The notes under the pieces are model-generated. The model was not told where the DNA came from. It ran no database searches and saw only the letters and a list, made by a program, of their open reading frames with translations. From Desulfobacterales bacterium (GTDB lineage: Bacteria > Desulfobacterota > Desulfobacteria > Desulfobacterales > UBA2245), in contig JAXGZF010000004.1 in NCBI GenBank assembly GCA_040771865.1, forward strand, positions 248,001-289,915: a stretch of DNA of 41,915 nucleotides, in the 5' to 3' direction. Both the position numbers and the translations under genes were made by a program. The first letter of the stretch is position 1; each line of letters begins with the position of its first letter. Below are positions 39,813 to 41,915 of the stretch, piece by piece.

Positions 39813-41054
39813 TTGGATTTGAGAAGTATTGAAGCTATAGATCCCGAGATTGCGGCGGCCATTGCTCAGGAAACAGAAAGGCAGGCCTATACGCTGGAGT
39901 TGATCGCTTCGGAGAATATTGCAAGTCCTGCTGTTATGGCCGCTCAAGGAAGTGTACTGACCAATAAATACGCCGAAGGATATCCGGACAAACGCTATTA
40001 CGGCGGGTGCGAATATGTGGATATTGCCGAAAAATTAGCGATCGAGCGGGCCCGAGAGCTGTTTGGATGCGATTACGTCAATGTCCAGCCTCACTCCGGT
40101 TCCCAGGCCAATATGGCGACTTATTTCGCTCTGCTGTCTCCGGGAGACACGGTTCTGGGAATGAATCTGGCCCATGGCGGGCATCTGACACACGGAAGCC
40201 CGGTGAGCTTTTCCGGAAAACTGTTTCATTTCGTGCATTACGGGGTGAAGAAGGAGACGGGAACCATAGACTACGAGGAATTACGTCGCATTGCTCACGA
40301 GGCCCGGCCCAAAATGATCGTTGCTGGCGCCAGCGCATATCCCAGAATTCTGGACTTTAAGGCATTTTCCGATATCGCCGCATCCGTAGGCGCTTACCTG
40401 ATGGTGGATATGGCCCATATCGCCGGTCTGGTGGCGGCCGGAGAGCATCCGTCTCCGGTTCCCTACGCCGATGTCGTGACCTCGACAACCCACAAAACCC
40501 TCAGAGGACCCAGAGGAGGACTGATTCTGGCCAGGGAAACCTATGGCCAGGCGCTGAACCGGGAAATATTCCCCGGCATTCAGGGCGGTCCGCTGATGCA
40601 CGTGATTGCCGCCAAGGCCGTGGCTTTCCAGGAAGCGCTGACGGACTACTTCAAGCTGTACCAGCGATGCGTGGTGCAAAACGCCAAAGTTCTGGCAGAC
40701 CGGCTTATGGCTCAGGGTGTTTCCCTTGTTTCGGGCGGAACCGACAACCACCTGATGCTGGTGGATCTGACCAACTTGGGCATTACGGGAAAGGAAGCGC
40801 AGGCCGTTCTGGGAAAAGCCGGAATCACGGTAAACAAGAATTCCATTCCCTTTGAGACGCGCAGCCCTTTTGTCACCAGCGGCATTCGAATCGGAACGCC
40901 CGCGGTGACCACGCGCGGCATGGGAGAAGGCGAGATGGAAGTGATCGCCGATCTGATCGTTCAGGTTCTGAAGAATCCACAAAAGGATTCCGTGATTCAG
41001 TCCTGCCGGAAAAAAGTCTGGCAGATGTGTGAGAATTTCATGGTTTACCTGTAA
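39813..41054 (+). CDS. glyA: Serine hydroxymethyltransferase
   Basis: [47 protein letters not shown]. Confidence 0.97.
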   Translation: MDLRSIEAIDPEIAAAIAQETERQAYTLELIASENIASPAVMAAQGSVLTNKYAEGYPDKRYYGGCEYVDIAEKLAIERARELFGCDYVNVQPHSGSQANMATYFALLSPGDTVLGMNLAHGGHLTHGSPVSFSGKLFHFVHYGVKKETGTIDYEELRRIAHEARPKMIVAGASAYPRILDFKAFSDIAASVGAYLMVDMAHIAGLVAAGEHPSPVPYADVVTSTTHKTLRGPRGGLILARETYGQALNREIFPGIQGGPLMHVIAAKAVAFQEALTDYFKLYQRCVVQNAKVLADRLMAQGVSLVSGGTDNHLMLVDLTNLGITGKEAQAVLGKAGITVNKNSIPFETRSPFVTSGIRIGTPAVTTRGMGEGEMEVIADLIVQVLKNPQKDSVIQSCRKKVWQMCENFMVYL

Positions 41055-41089
41055 TGATCAACTGCACGGAATCAATTTTCGAGGAATCA

Positions 41090-41581
41090 ATGCAGACGCC
41101 CCAAGCACTTACGGACCGGGTGCTCAGACGCCCCTCATGGAATGAATATTTCATGGACATCGCCAAACTGGTTTCCAGGCGTTCGACGTGTCTGCGGCGA
41201 TCGGTCGGGGCGGTGATCGTCAAGGACAAGCGGATATTGTCCACCGGATACAACGGCGCCCCGTCCGGCATGCGGCACTGCCTTGAAATCGGGTGCCTGC
41301 GGGATCAGATGGATGTACCGTCCGGAGAACGGCATGAACTGTGCCGGGGTATTCATGCCGAGCAGAATGCCATCATTCAGGCGGCTTTTCATGGAGCATC
41401 CATTCGGGATTCCGTCATGTACTGTACGAATCAGCCCTGTTCCATCTGCTGCAAGATGATCATCAACGCGGGGATCAAAACAATATATTATCTGTCCGGG
41501 TATTCGGATGTTCTGTCCGAAGAAATGCTGGCAGAAGCGGGCGTTTCCTCGATCAGGCTTTGCCGGAAGGAGGAAGCATGA
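41090..41581 (+). CDS. Deoxycytidylate deaminase (ComEB family)
   Basis: [33 protein letters not shown] zinc motif; GAGGA SD before ATG 41090 (alternative 41054). Confidence 0.92.
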   Translation: MQTPQALTDRVLRRPSWNEYFMDIAKLVSRRSTCLRRSVGAVIVKDKRILSTGYNGAPSGMRHCLEIGCLRDQMDVPSGERHELCRGIHAEQNAIIQAAFHGASIRDSVMYCTNQPCSICCKMIINAGIKTIYYLSGYSDVLSEEMLAEAGVSSIRLCRKEEA

Positions 41582-41915
41582 AATGTCCTTTTTGCGGACA
41601 GGCCGCCGACAAGGTGATCGATTCTCGAACGAGCAAGGAAGGAGACGTGATTCGCCGTCGTCGGGAATGCACCGTATGCGGGAGGCGTTTTACTACTTAT
41701 GAGCATATTGAGGAAATTCCCATCATGATCATCAAGAAGGACGGGCGCCGGGAGGCTTTTAACCGGGAAAAGGTCCGTCAGGGGATCATGAAGGCCTGCG
41801 AAAAACGCAAAATCAGCATGAACGATATCGAGGAGTTTCTGGACGATCTGCAGCGGGACCTTCGGGAGACCGGGGAAAAAGAGGTTTCTTCCTCGGTGAT
41901 TGGAGAAAAGATCAT
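41578..41915 (+). CDS. nrdR: Transcriptional repressor NrdR (runs off window end; not in ORF track)
   Basis: Hand translation [45 protein letters not shown] (zinc ribbon + ATP cone); ATGA overlap with previous gene. Confidence 0.96.
   Translation, partial: MKCPFCGQAADKVIDSRTSKEGDVIRRRRECTVCGRRFTTYEHIEEIPIMIIKKDGRREAFNREKVRQGIMKACEKRKISMNDIEEFLDDLQRDLRETGEKEVSSSVIGEKI

Overview
Gene-dense core chromosome segment of an anaerobic Desulfobacterota (deltaproteobacterial)-type bacterium; the taxonomy is inferred from gene content and order. Main blocks: (1) M16 peptidase-dut-MBL hydrolase; (2) PflX-like radical SAM and YgjP-like genes; (3) DUF2065-queA-tgt-nifU-aminotransferase; (4) a compact methylmalonyl-CoA pathway cluster (mce, scpA/mut, meaB, carboxyltransferase, small epsilon-like subunit, 5S-1.3S transcarboxylase-type fusion, sucCD); (5) argS-SPOR-gatC-gatA-small ORF-mutL-thiD-thiM; (6) an FG-GAP protein divergent from an acidic porin; (7) MEMO-family gene, then glnS convergent with tRNA-Gln(CUG) and gltX; (8) rpmF-acyl-CoA dehydrogenase-fabG-acpP-fabF-rpiB-glyA-dCMP deaminase-nrdR. 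No transposase, integrase, CRISPR array, prophage or rRNA was seen. The best leads are an acyl-CoA dehydrogenase sitting where plsX/fabH/fabD usually lie and flanked by a 13-nt direct repeat, a strongly G-skewed fabF, two small proteins missing from the ORF track (one with 2x CxxC), a structured GC-rich element plus a 17-bp palindrome between gltX and rpmF, and a transcarboxylase module with no biotin carboxylase. Most of the window is ordinary housekeeping, and no new system can be proven from sequence alone.
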